Origin: Escherichia coli O127:H6 str. E2348/69
GTDB taxonomy: Bacteria; Pseudomonadota; Gammaproteobacteria; Enterobacterales; Enterobacteriaceae
Direction: 5' to 3' (one strand)
Length of the DNA stretch: 64,000 nucleotides
NCBI RefSeq assembly: GCF_000026545.1
Contig: NC_011601.1
Of this stretch, positions 20,560 to 31,604 are shown piece by piece (the stretch's first letter is position 1; the number at the start of each line of letters is the position of its first letter). Under the pieces are notes generated by a model. It was not told the origin of the DNA, made no database searches, and saw only the letters and a program-made list of their open reading frames with translations. The position numbers and the translations under genes are program-made.

Positions 20560-22014
20560 TTATTTTTCAATCGGATAGATAGTACCCGTATTCATAATGC
20601 CGTTAGGATCGAACTGTTTTTTCAGACCTTCCAGCAACGTCCACGCGCTGCCGTGTTCCAGTTTGCTCCAGTGAACGCGATGTTTACCGATACCGTGGTG
20701 GTGCACCATCGAACCGCCGAGACGAATGGTTTCTTCGCAGATGATTTTGTTGAGCGGATTGTGGTACTTGTCGATTTCCTCTTCCGGCTTACAGTCAACG
20801 ACGTTGTAGTCGTAGACGAAGTACATGTTGGTGCCGTTCTGATAGCTATGAGAGGAGTGACCGCCCAGCATGGTGATGTCGTCGGCGTGCGGGAACTCGG
20901 TACGAATACGGTTAATAACGCTTTCGTAGATTTCGTGAATGCAGCTCCAGCAGCCGGACACTTCAGTGGTAAAGCCCATGTTGCCGGTTTTGAGGATCTG
21001 CACACGTTCGGCAGCCACTTTATCCGGTCCCCAGTTCAGGTTGTTAAACCAGGTTTCGATCAGCTTGCTGTCCACGCGCTGGCACTGCGGGTAGCACGCC
21101 ACGATTTCAGCAATCCCTTCACCCGTCGCCTTCGCAATGCGAGGGTTACCTTCAGCCATAAAGATCAGCACGCATTTGCCGTCGGCAAAATGGGTGAAGT
21201 GTTGGGTGCCATCTTCAGCATCATACAAACGAGCAATCGACGGACGATACCCTTCCACCATGATTTCACGCAGGATGTTGAAGCCGGTTTTCATGTCTTC
21301 CAGCACATAGCCATAGAAGAGATTGTTTTCCGGCGTAAATTTGAAGATTTTCACTGTGACTTCAGTGATATAGCACAGTGCACCTTCGTTGCCGATGATG
21401 ATATGACGAATGTCCGGGCCAGCCGCGCGACGTGGCACGTTTTTAATGCGTGTGACGGTGCCATCTGCCAGCACCGCTTCCAGACCAACGACCATATCCT
21501 CGATTGCGCCGTAGAGTGTGGAAAACTGCCCGATACTGCGGGTCGCCACCAGGCCGCCCATCTGCGCCAGCGGCTTTGACTGCGGAGAATGCCCCGTGGT
21601 GTAACCTTTTTCACGCAGCGCGTTTTCCAGCACCTCCAGCGGAACGCCACATTGCGCCGTGGCCTGCATATTCTCAATATCAATATTAATGATTTGATTC
21701 ATGGCGGAGCCGTCGAGCACCACCGAGTTTTCCACAACGGTTTCCAGCCCACCTTCGGTGGCGGAAGCACCGGTACGTGGCACACCGTTAATTTTGTGCG
21801 CATTCATAAAATTCAGCACACGGGATACTTGTTCTGTGGAACCGAGTTTTACGACCGCTGCCGGAATTGGCAAAGTATAAATGCCATGAATATCCGGAAA
21901 TTTACGAAAACGGTCAATACTGTTCTTCTTTAATACTGTTTCATCGGTAATTACGCGATCTGCACCAACAATTTCCTTTAGCTGGTCGACAATCGCTACG
22001 CGAGATAAAGACAT
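20560..22014 (-). CDS. ygcU: FAD-linked oxidase (PCMH-type FAD domain; alkyl-DHAP synthase / D-lactate dehydrogenase-like)
   Basis: 484-aa ORF. Family assigned from overall similarity remembered for YgcU. Confidence 0.88.
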   Translation of the reverse strand: MSLSRVAIVDQLKEIVGADRVITDETVLKKNSIDRFRKFPDIHGIYTLPIPAAVVKLGSTEQVSRVLNFMNAHKINGVPRTGASATEGGLETVVENSVVLDGSAMNQIINIDIENMQATAQCGVPLEVLENALREKGYTTGHSPQSKPLAQMGGLVATRSIGQFSTLYGAIEDMVVGLEAVLADGTVTRIKNVPRRAAGPDIRHIIIGNEGALCYITEVTVKIFKFTPENNLFYGYVLEDMKTGFNILREIMVEGYRPSIARLYDAEDGTQHFTHFADGKCVLIFMAEGNPRIAKATGEGIAEIVACYPQCQRVDSKLIETWFNNLNWGPDKVAAERVQILKTGNMGFTTEVSGCWSCIHEIYESVINRIRTEFPHADDITMLGGHSSHSYQNGTNMYFVYDYNVVDCKPEEEIDKYHNPLNKIICEETIRLGGSMVHHHGIGKHRVHWSKLEHGSAWTLLEGLKKQFDPNGIMNTGTIYPIEK

Positions 22015-22083
22015 AGTAATTCCTTCCTGATAATAAAAATGGAATAGTTATTAATAAGAGAAAACAGAAACCACCGTTATGAA

Positions 22084-22869
22084 TTAGCGCACTAAATAAC
22101 CGCCATCAACCACTAATAAATGTCCGTTGACATAATTCGATGCCGGACTTGCGAGGAATACGGCTGCACCCATTAAATCCTGAGTATCACCCCAACGGTT
22201 TGCCGGAATATGATCAAGAACACGCTGGTTAGTTTCTGGATTACTACGGGTCGCCAGCGTAATATCGGTTGCATAATAACCAGGAGCAATACCATTCACC
22301 TGAATATTATATTGGCCTAATTCATCGCAATAGGCTTTGGTGAATCCGGCAAGAGCATGTTTAGTGGCAGAATAAGCAGGTGACCATTGACCACCTAAGT
22401 AAGAGAACAATGAACAGATATTAATGATTTTACCGCTTTTCTGCGGGATCATAATTTTTGCCGCTTCGTAGCTTAACTCGAATGCGGCGGTCAGGTTCAC
22501 GTCAATCATCGGGTCCCAGTCGGCACGACCAAAGTCCAGCACCTTATTCAGCTTACAAATACCGGCATTGTTAACCAGAATATCTACGGTACCGAAGCGC
22601 TCACAGCAGGCAGCGATAATCTTCTGCGGCGCGCCTTCTGCGGTGATATCCACCTGCATAAAATCAACTTCGACACCCTGTTTTTCAATCATTTCCTTTG
22701 TTTCGCCGTTATCTTTGACGAAACTAGGAATAAAGACATTTGCGCCAGCTTTGGCCAACGCCATGGCAAATGCCTGGCCTAAACCGCTATTCCCGCCAGT
22801 AACAATTGCTGTTTTACCTTTCAGGGAGAAAAAATCCATTGAGAACGCATTGAGAGATTCGATTGACAT
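22084..22869 (-). CDS. ygcW: short-chain dehydrogenase/reductase (KduD/gluconate-5-dehydrogenase-like)
   Basis: Track ORF 22084..22944. The start is taken at MSIESLNAF (Met26, SD GGAG), giving 261 aa. It has TGGNSGLG and YxxxK (YSATKHA) motifs. Confidence 0.9.
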   Translation of the reverse strand: MSIESLNAFSMDFFSLKGKTAIVTGGNSGLGQAFAMALAKAGANVFIPSFVKDNGETKEMIEKQGVEVDFMQVDITAEGAPQKIIAACCERFGTVDILVNNAGICKLNKVLDFGRADWDPMIDVNLTAAFELSYEAAKIMIPQKSGKIINICSLFSYLGGQWSPAYSATKHALAGFTKAYCDELGQYNIQVNGIAPGYYATDITLATRSNPETNQRVLDHIPANRWGDTQDLMGAAVFLASPASNYVNGHLLVVDGGYLVR

Positions 22870-22893
22870 AGTTAGCTCCAATTTCCGTAAGGC

Positions 22894-22940
22894 AAAAAAA
22901 AAGAAAGGTAACTTCCCCCGCGAGAGGGAAGTTACCTTTC
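22894..22940 (-). terminator. intrinsic terminator inside the ygcW 5' leader (candidate attenuator)
   Basis: Minus strand reads GAAAGGTAACTTCCC-tctcgcgg-GGGAAGTTACCTTTC followed by nine T, a perfect 15-bp stem. It ends 24 nt upstream of the ygcW ATG. Confidence 0.75.
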
Positions 22941-22993
22941 TCATTATCTCTGGTAACTGGAGATAATTTTTAGCATAAGGACATAACTGCTAA

Positions 22994-23009
22994 TGTGATC
23001 GTAATCACA
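22994..23009. promoter_or_regulatory. consensus CRP-binding site in the ygcW / yqcE divergent control region
   Basis: TGTGATCGTAATCACA matches TGTGA-N6-TCACA with no mismatch. Confidence 0.7.
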
Positions 23010-23115
23010 GTGTGATGTTCGTATTGTCAAATAATTTAAAAAAGCAGAAGCGTGATTACTCTCACACAACACCTCTGCTTTCCATGTTATTTCTTATTGC
23101 AATTACTAGAGACCT

Positions 23116-23162
23116 GAGAAAAGTAATCCACCTGAAAGGGCGGCTTACTTTTCTCTTTTTTT
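23116..23162 (+). terminator. intrinsic terminator inside the yqcE 5' leader (candidate attenuator)
   Basis: GAGAAAAGTAA-(tCCaCCtgaaagGGcGGc)-TTACTTTTCTC followed by seven T. The stem is 11 bp, extendable through CCaCC/GGcGG. It ends 24 nt upstream of the yqcE ATG. Confidence 0.72.
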
Positions 23163-23186
23163 GTCTATTACAAATGGGAATACGAT

Positions 23187-24464
23187 ATGCAACACAACTC
23201 ATATCGCCGTTGGATAACCCTCGCGATAATTAGTTTTAGCGGCGGCGTTAGTTTCGACCTGGCTTATTTACGTTATATTTATCAAATTCCCATGGCAAAA
23301 TTTATGGGATTCAGCAATACCGAGATAGGTTTAATAATGAGTACCTTTGGTATTGCGGCCATTATTTTCTATGCCCCTAGCGGCGTTATTGCCGATAAAT
23401 TTTCACATCGCAAAATGATTACTTCCGCGATGATCATTACCGGATTACTGGGTCTGTTAATGGCAACATATCCACCGCTGTGGGTAATGCTCTGTATTCA
23501 GGTCGCCTTTGCGATAACGACGATTTTAATGCTGTGGTCGGTGTCGATTAAAGCCGCATCGTTGCTGGGCGATCATAGCGAGCAAGGGAAAATTATGGGC
23601 TGGATGGAAGGGCTGCGCGGCGTCGGTGTAATGTCGCTGGCGGTGTTTACCATGTGGGTCTTTTCTCGCTTTGCACCGGATGACAGCGCCAGCCTGAAAA
23701 CGGTCATTATTATCTATAGTGTGGTTTACATTCTGCTGGGCATTTTGTGTTGGTTTTTTGTTAGCGATAACAACAATCTGCGCAGTGCCAATAACGAAGA
23801 AAAACAGTCATTCCAGCTTAGCGACATCCTGGCCGTTTTGCGCATCAGCACCACCTGGTATTGCAGCATGGTGATTTTTGGTGTCTTCACCATCTACGCC
23901 ATTCTGAGTTACTCCACCAACTATCTGACCGAAATGTACGGCATGTCGTTGGTGGCGGCGAGCTACATGGGGATTGTGATCAACAAAATCTTCCGCGCGC
24001 TGTGCGGCCCACTTGGCGGCATTATCACCACCTACAGTAAAGTGAAATCCCCTACCCGCGTGGTCCAAATCCTTTCCATCATCGGTTTGCTGGCGTTGAC
24101 AGCCCTGCTCGTCACGAACTCTAACCCGCAATCGGTCGCGATGGGGATTGGCCTGATTTTATTACTGGGATTCACCTGTTACGCCTCACGCGGGCTGTAC
24201 TGGGCCTGCCCTGGCGAAGCGAGAACACCGTCTTACATTATGGGCACCACGGTAGGTATTTGTTCGGTGATTGGATTTCTGCCGGATGTCTTCGTTTACC
24301 CGATTATCGGCTACTGGCAAGACACCCTGCCCGCTGCAGAAGCCTACCGCAACATGTGGCTAATGGGCATGGCGGCGCTTGGCATGGTGATCATCTTTAC
24401 CTTTTTGCTGTTCCAAAAAATTCGTACTGCTGATAGCGCCCCCGCAATGGCTAGCAGCAAGTAA
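23187..24464 (+). CDS. yqcE: MFS transporter
   Basis: 425-aa ORF with multiple TM segments. Position as in K-12. Confidence 0.88.
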   Translation: MQHNSYRRWITLAIISFSGGVSFDLAYLRYIYQIPMAKFMGFSNTEIGLIMSTFGIAAIIFYAPSGVIADKFSHRKMITSAMIITGLLGLLMATYPPLWVMLCIQVAFAITTILMLWSVSIKAASLLGDHSEQGKIMGWMEGLRGVGVMSLAVFTMWVFSRFAPDDSASLKTVIIIYSVVYILLGILCWFFVSDNNNLRSANNEEKQSFQLSDILAVLRISTTWYCSMVIFGVFTIYAILSYSTNYLTEMYGMSLVAASYMGIVINKIFRALCGPLGGIITTYSKVKSPTRVVQILSIIGLLALTALLVTNSNPQSVAMGIGLILLLGFTCYASRGLYWACPGEARTPSYIMGTTVGICSVIGFLPDVFVYPIIGYWQDTLPAAEAYRNMWLMGMAALGMVIIFTFLLFQKIRTADSAPAMASSK

Positions 24465-24490
24465 GCCAGGAAAATTACAGGAGAAAAATC

Positions 24491-25969
24491 ATGTCGAAAA
24501 AATACATCATAGGGATTGATGGCGGAAGTCAGAGCACAAAAGTGGTGATGTACGATCTGGAAGGTAATGTGGTTTGCGAAGGCAAAGGCTTATTGCAGCC
24601 GATGCACACGCCAGATGCCGATACCGCAGAACATCCTGACGACGATTTATGGGCATCACTATGTTTTGCCAGTCACGATTTGATGAGCCAGTTTGCCGGA
24701 AATAAAGAAGATATTGTCGGCATTGGCCTGGGCTCAATCCGTTGCTGCCGTGCGTTATTGAAAGCCGATGGTACGCCAGCCGCGCCGTTGATTAGCTGGC
24801 AGGATGCACGCGTTACACGCCCTTACGAACACACTAATCCTGACGTGGCCTATGTCACCTCTTTTTCGGGTTATCTGACACATCGCTTAACCGGCGAGTT
24901 TAAAGACAATATCGCCAACTATTTTGGTCAGTGGCCGGTGGATTATAAGAGCTGGGCATGGAGCGAAAATGCCGCGGTAATGGAAAAGTTTAATATCCCC
25001 CGCCAGATGCTTTTTGACGTGCAAATGCCAGGCACTGTTCTTGGGCATATCACACCACAAGCTGCGCTGGCGACACATTTCCCGGCTGGGCTGCCGGTTG
25101 TTTGTACCACCAGTGATAAACCGGTAGAAGCTCTGGGAGCCGGGTTACTGGATGATGAAACGGCGGTAATTTCTCTTGGCACCTACATCGCGTTGATGAT
25201 GAACGGCAAAGCACTGCCGAAAGATCCGGTCGCGTACTGGCCGATTATGTCTTCTATTCCGCAAACATTGCTGTATGAAGGTTACGGTATTCGCAAAGGC
25301 ATGTGGACGGTGAGCTGGCTGCGCGACATGTTAGGCGAGTCGTTAATTCAGGATGCCAAAGCACAGGATCTTTCACCGGAAGATTTGCTCAACAAAAAAG
25401 CGTCTTGCGTGCCACCTGGTTGTAATGGGCTGATGACGGTGCTGGACTGGCTGACCAATCCGTGGGAACCGTACAAACGCGGAATTATGATCGGCTTTGA
25501 TTCCAGCATGGATTACGCATGGATATATCGTTCGATACTGGAAAGCGTGGCGCTGACGCTGAAGAACAATTACGACAATATGTGTAATGAAATGAATCAC
25601 TTTGCAAAGCATGTGATCATTACTGGCGGCGGTTCGAACAGCGATCTGTTTATGCAGATTTTTGCCGACGTGTTCAACCTTCCGGCACGCCGTAACGCCA
25701 TTAATGGTTGTGCAAGTCTGGGGGCAGCGATCAATACGGCGGTAGGTCTGGGGCTATACCCGGATTACGCAACGGCTGTCGACAAAATGGTTCGCGTGAA
25801 AGATATCTTTATGCCTGTTGAGAGCAACGCCAAACGCTACGACGCGATGAATAAAGGCATTTTCAAAGACCTAACCAAACACACTGATGTGATCCTGAAA
25901 AAATCGTATGAAGTGATGCATGGGGAATTGGGGAATGCGGATTCGATCCAGAGCTGGTCGAATGCGTAA
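24491..25969 (+). CDS. ygcE: FGGY-family carbohydrate kinase
   Basis: 492-aa ORF with the N-terminal IGIDGGSQSTK motif typical of FGGY kinases. Confidence 0.9.
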   Translation: MSKKYIIGIDGGSQSTKVVMYDLEGNVVCEGKGLLQPMHTPDADTAEHPDDDLWASLCFASHDLMSQFAGNKEDIVGIGLGSIRCCRALLKADGTPAAPLISWQDARVTRPYEHTNPDVAYVTSFSGYLTHRLTGEFKDNIANYFGQWPVDYKSWAWSENAAVMEKFNIPRQMLFDVQMPGTVLGHITPQAALATHFPAGLPVVCTTSDKPVEALGAGLLDDETAVISLGTYIALMMNGKALPKDPVAYWPIMSSIPQTLLYEGYGIRKGMWTVSWLRDMLGESLIQDAKAQDLSPEDLLNKKASCVPPGCNGLMTVLDWLTNPWEPYKRGIMIGFDSSMDYAWIYRSILESVALTLKNNYDNMCNEMNHFAKHVIITGGGSNSDLFMQIFADVFNLPARRNAINGCASLGAAINTAVGLGLYPDYATAVDKMVRVKDIFMPVESNAKRYDAMNKGIFKDLTKHTDVILKKSYEVMHGELGNADSIQSWSNA

Positions 25970-26088
25970 GTGAGATAAACAGTGCCGGGTAGATGATTAA
26001 TCCCGGCATATTCACGTTTCCACCACAAAATACCGGGTAACCACTGCTGAATATTGTTCTCTCCTGAGTAGCGTTTATGCTTTAATTG

Positions 26089-26102
26089 CTAAACCGATTT
26101 AA
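26089..26102. promoter_or_regulatory. ScrR-type (LacI-family) operator upstream of scrK
   Basis: CTAAACCGATTTAA. Its reverse complement differs at 1 of 14 positions from the 27105 copy. It lies 30 nt upstream of the scrK ATG. Confidence 0.6.
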
Positions 26103-26133
26103 TTAGTTTAGCAATTAGTATATTGGAGCCTTT

Positions 26134-27054
26134 ATGAGCGCAAGAGTATGGGTACTCGGTGATGCGGTTGTTGATTTATTACCCGAAAGCCAGGGGAGAC
26201 TACTACAGTGTCCTGGCGGGGCGCCTGCTAATGTTGCAGTCGGTATCGCAAGGCTGGGGGGGAAAAGTGCCTTTATTGGCAAAGTTGGCGATGATCCTTT
26301 CGGTCGCTTTATGTATCAGACACTGAGTACAGAAAATGTTGATACACGTTATATGTCTCTTGATCCTCAACAACGCACCTCAATTGTGGCTGTAGGACTT
26401 GATGAGCAAGGAGAAAGAAACTTTACCTTTATGGTACGCCCAAGTGCCGATCTTTTTTTACAACCTGATGACCTTCCTACATTTGGGCCGGGTGAATGGC
26501 TCCATCTTTGTTCCATTGCGCTCAGTGCAGAACCTTCCCGAAGTACCGCATTTCTGGCTATGGAGAAAATACGTCAGGCTGGCGGAAACATCAGTTTTGA
26601 TCCCAATATCCGCAGCGATCTCTGGCAGAGTGAAGCGCTATTAAGAAAATACCTTGATCGCGCGCTTTCGCTGGCGAATATCGCTAAATTGTCCGAAGAA
26701 GAGTTGCTATTCATCAGTGGCGAAAGCCAGGTTCAGCAAGGCGCATATTCATTAGTACAACGTTATTCGTTGACTTTATTGCTTATCACACAAGGAAAAA
26801 ATGGCGTACTTGTGTATTTTCAGGGGCAGTTTATCCACTATCCCGCCAAACCTGTTTCTGTCGTCGATACGACCGGGGCAGGAGATGCTTTTGTCGCTGG
26901 ATTACTTGCAGGTCTGGCTGATTCTGGAATACCAACAAATACCAGACAGCTTGAACGAATCATTGCACAAGCTCAGATTTGTGGTGCTCTGGCGACCACG
27001 GCTAAAGGCGCGATGACCGCCTTACCCCGACAACACGATCTCCCTTCACAATAG
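26134..27054 (+). CDS. scrK: fructokinase (PfkB family)
   Basis: 306-aa ORF with WVLGDAVVDLLPE...LLQCPGGAPANVA and DTTGAGDAF motifs. Clearly homologous to, but diverged from, the Klebsiella/pUR400 ScrK I remember. Confidence 0.9.
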   Translation: MSARVWVLGDAVVDLLPESQGRLLQCPGGAPANVAVGIARLGGKSAFIGKVGDDPFGRFMYQTLSTENVDTRYMSLDPQQRTSIVAVGLDEQGERNFTFMVRPSADLFLQPDDLPTFGPGEWLHLCSIALSAEPSRSTAFLAMEKIRQAGGNISFDPNIRSDLWQSEALLRKYLDRALSLANIAKLSEEELLFISGESQVQQGAYSLVQRYSLTLLLITQGKNGVLVYFQGQFIHYPAKPVSVVDTTGAGDAFVAGLLAGLADSGIPTNTRQLERIIAQAQICGALATTAKGAMTALPRQHDLPSQ

Positions 27055-27104
27055 TGATCCTGCTGTTGTATCTGTAACCCGATTTGTCGTGCCTGTCACA
27101 TTTA

Positions 27105-27118
27105 CTAAATCGGTTTAG
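27105..27118. promoter_or_regulatory. ScrR-type operator, distal copy upstream of scrY
   Basis: CTAAATCGGTTTAG, a near-perfect 14-bp palindrome. Confidence 0.6.
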
Positions 27119-27163
27119 CGAAAATAATTGCTCTGGCTAAAAAGTCAGCTTTATTATCAACAC

Positions 27164-27177
27164 CTAAACCGGTTTAG
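27164..27177. promoter_or_regulatory. ScrR-type operator overlapping the scrY promoter
   Basis: CTAAACCGGTTTAG, a perfect 14-bp palindrome. A perfect TATAAT hexamer lies at 27193-27198. Confidence 0.65.
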
Positions 27178-27197
27178 CATTTTAGCAATTTTTATAA

Positions 27198-28739
<1,542 letters not shown>

Positions 28740-28799
28740 TACCAGACAGCCTCACGGATGTGAGGCTTTTACTGAAATAACAATGAATTAGAGGGTTAT

Positions 28800-30170
28800 A
28801 TGGATTTCGATAAAATCGCCCAATCGTTGCTTCCTTTATTAGGTGGTAAGGAGAACATCGCCAGTGCAGCACATTGCGCCACTCGCCTACGGCTGGTACT
28901 GGTTGACGACACACTTGCCGATCAACATGCCATTGGCCAGATTGATGGAGTGAAAGGTTGTTTTCGTAATTCAGGGCAAATGCAAATCATCTTTGGCACC
29001 GGCGTGGTTAATAAAGTCTATGCTGCCTTTATTCAGGTTGCAGGTATTAGCGAATCCAGTAAAGCAGATACCGCTCGACTCGCCGCTCAAAAACTCAATC
29101 CTTTTCAGCGAATAGCACGGCTACTTTCTAATATTTTTGTCCCCATCATTCCAGCCATTGTTGCTTCTGGTTTATTAATGGGGCTCCTGGGAATGGTGAA
29201 AACATATGGCTGGGTGAATGCCGATAATGCGATTTATATCCTGCTGGATATGTGCAGTTCAGCCGCATTTATTATTCTCCCCATCCTTATTGGCTTTACT
29301 GCTGCTCGTGAATTTGGTGGAAATCCTTATCTTGGCGCGACATTAGGAGGGATTCTGACTCACCCGGCACTCACAAATGCCTGGGGCGTTGCTGCGGGAT
29401 TTCAGACAATGAACTTCTTCGGTTTTGAAATCGCCATGATTGGCTATCAGGGAACGGTTTTCCCCGTGCTTCTGGCAGTATGGTTTATGAGCATAGTGGA
29501 AAAACAGTTACGCAGGTTTATCCCTGATGCTCTGGATCTCATTCTGACGCCATTTCTGACTGTCGTCATTTCTGGCTTTATCGCTCTTTTGATTATTGGT
29601 CCGGCAGGACGAGCGTTAGGTGACGGTATCTCTTTCGTTCTCAGCACGCTGATTGCACACGCAGGCTGGTTAGCAGGGTTGTTATTCGGCGGGCTATATT
29701 CAGCGATTGTTATTACGGGTATTCATCATAGCTTCCACGCAATTGAAGCAGGACTTTTAGGTAACCCTGCAATCGGTGTTAATTTCCTGCTGCCTATTTG
29801 GGCAATGGCAAACGTTGCGCAAGGAGGTGCATGTCTGGCGGTATGGTTTAAAACCAAAGATACAAAAATTAAAGCAATCACCCTACCCTCGGCCTTTTCC
29901 GCAATGTTAGGGATTACTGAAGCCGCTATTTTTGGTATCAACCTTCGTTTTGTTAAACCTTTTATTGCGGCCTTAATTGGTGGCGCTGCCGGCGGTGCCT
30001 GGGTTGTCTCTGTTCACGTTTATATGACTGCCGTTGGTCTGACCGCAATACCCGGCATGGCAATCGTTCAGCCAACATCGTTGGTTAATTATATTATTGG
30101 AATGGTGATTGCTTTCGCTGTCGCTTTTAGCCTCTCTTTATTACTCAAATACAAAACGGACGAGGAGTAA
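28800..30170 (+). CDS. scrA: PTS sucrose-specific EIIBC component
   Basis: 456-aa ORF with EIIB active-site context AAHCATRLRL, followed by a polytopic EIIC domain. Confidence 0.92.
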   Translation: MDFDKIAQSLLPLLGGKENIASAAHCATRLRLVLVDDTLADQHAIGQIDGVKGCFRNSGQMQIIFGTGVVNKVYAAFIQVAGISESSKADTARLAAQKLNPFQRIARLLSNIFVPIIPAIVASGLLMGLLGMVKTYGWVNADNAIYILLDMCSSAAFIILPILIGFTAAREFGGNPYLGATLGGILTHPALTNAWGVAAGFQTMNFFGFEIAMIGYQGTVFPVLLAVWFMSIVEKQLRRFIPDALDLILTPFLTVVISGFIALLIIGPAGRALGDGISFVLSTLIAHAGWLAGLLFGGLYSAIVITGIHHSFHAIEAGLLGNPAIGVNFLLPIWAMANVAQGGACLAVWFKTKDTKIKAITLPSAFSAMLGITEAAIFGINLRFVKPFIAALIGGAAGGAWVVSVHVYMTAVGLTAIPGMAIVQPTSLVNYIIGMVIAFAVAFSLSLLLKYKTDEE

Positions 30171-31579
30171 TGTCGATGCCTTCACAAATGCCCGCGATTT
30201 TACAGGCAGTGATGAAAGGTCAGTCCAAAGCACTGGCAGATGCCCACTATCCTTGTTGGCATCTCGCTCCAGTCACCGGACTAATGAACGATCCAAATGG
30301 CTTTTGTTGGTCTGGAGGCCGCTATCATCTGTTTTATCAATGGAATCCACTGGCTTGTGATCATAAGTACAAATGTTGGGGGCACTGGAGTTCGACGGAT
30401 TTATTGCACTGGCAGCATGAACCATTAGCGCTAATGCCCGATAAAGAGTACGACCGTAATGGTTGTTACTCAGGAAGCGCGGTTAATAATCAGGGCGTTC
30501 TCACACTTTGCTATACCGGTAATGTTAAGTTTGATGATGGCAGCAGAACGGCATGGCAATGCCTGGCCACCGAAAATAACCAGGGCGGGTTTGATAAACT
30601 AGGCCCTGTCATACCGTTACCTGATGGTTACACCGGACATGTTCGTGATCCAAAAGTCTGGAAGCACAACAGCCAATGGTACATGGTGCTTGGCGCGCAA
30701 GATAAAGAGAAACGGGGGAAAGTGCTGCTGTATTCCTCTGTCGATCTCTATACCTGGTCTTTTCATGGAGAAATTGCTGGTAACGGTCTGAATGAAATAG
30801 ATAACGCAGGATACATGTGGGAATGTCCTGATCTTTTCGCCCTTGATGGTGAATACATTCTCCTCTGTTGCCCCCAGGGAATGGTGCGCGAACATGAGCG
30901 CTATCTGAATACTTATCCCTGCGCCTGGCTACATGGACAGTTTGATTACGAGACAGGCAAATTTACGCATGGCGCTTTCTCAGAGCTGGATGCGGGATTT
31001 GAATTCTATGCACCACAGACGATGGAAGCCCCGGACGGGCGACGATTGCTGGTCGGCTGGATGGGGGTTCCTGATGGCGAAGAGATGTTGCAGCCAACCA
31101 GAAAGCATCATTGGCAGCATCAAATGACCTGTTTTCGCGAACTCTCATTCCAGAAGGGAAAATTGTTTCAGATGCCAATCAGGGAACTCGCGCAACTGCG
31201 TGAAGCTGAACACTTCTGGCAAGGAAAAGCGGATCATGCGCCGCATGTCGAAATTGAACGCCTGGAAATGGACATCATTCCGTCGGGTGAGCTGTATCTG
31301 AATTTTGGCAATGCGCTGGCACTGCATCTTAATGACGATGGTATTCAACTACAGAGGAGAAGCCTTGCAGGGCAAGAGAAACTAACTCGTTACTGGCGAG
31401 GAAGCGTAACGTCACTGAAGATTCTCTGTGACAGTTCCAGCGTAGAGATATTCATCAATAATGGTGAAGGTGTAATGAGTAATCGTTATTTTCCCCATCA
31501 TCCAGCTTCGCTGATATTACAGGGTGAGTCTGACGTCACGTTACGCTACTGGTCGCTACGCGCCTGCATGGTAGAATGA
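30170..31579 (+). CDS. scrB: sucrose-6-phosphate hydrolase (GH32)
   Basis: 469-aa ORF with GH32 catalytic motifs MNDPNG, RDPKV and WECPD. The ATG overlaps the scrA stop. Confidence 0.92.
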   Translation: MSMPSQMPAILQAVMKGQSKALADAHYPCWHLAPVTGLMNDPNGFCWSGGRYHLFYQWNPLACDHKYKCWGHWSSTDLLHWQHEPLALMPDKEYDRNGCYSGSAVNNQGVLTLCYTGNVKFDDGSRTAWQCLATENNQGGFDKLGPVIPLPDGYTGHVRDPKVWKHNSQWYMVLGAQDKEKRGKVLLYSSVDLYTWSFHGEIAGNGLNEIDNAGYMWECPDLFALDGEYILLCCPQGMVREHERYLNTYPCAWLHGQFDYETGKFTHGAFSELDAGFEFYAPQTMEAPDGRRLLVGWMGVPDGEEMLQPTRKHHWQHQMTCFRELSFQKGKLFQMPIRELAQLREAEHFWQGKADHAPHVEIERLEMDIIPSGELYLNFGNALALHLNDDGIQLQRRSLAGQEKLTRYWRGSVTSLKILCDSSSVEIFINNGEGVMSNRYFPHHPASLILQGESDVTLRYWSLRACMVE

Positions 31580-31604
31580 GGGTTTTGAATTACGGATCCT
31601 CGTC

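Noticed and set aside
25970-26133. Searched both flanks of the scr island (25970-26133 and 32613-32696) for residual CRISPR repeats or island-bounding direct repeats
   Set aside because: No CRISPR-like repeat is present. The only shared string is GAT(T)AATCCCG (25995-26006 versus 32608-32617), which is too short and imperfect to call an att or target duplication.
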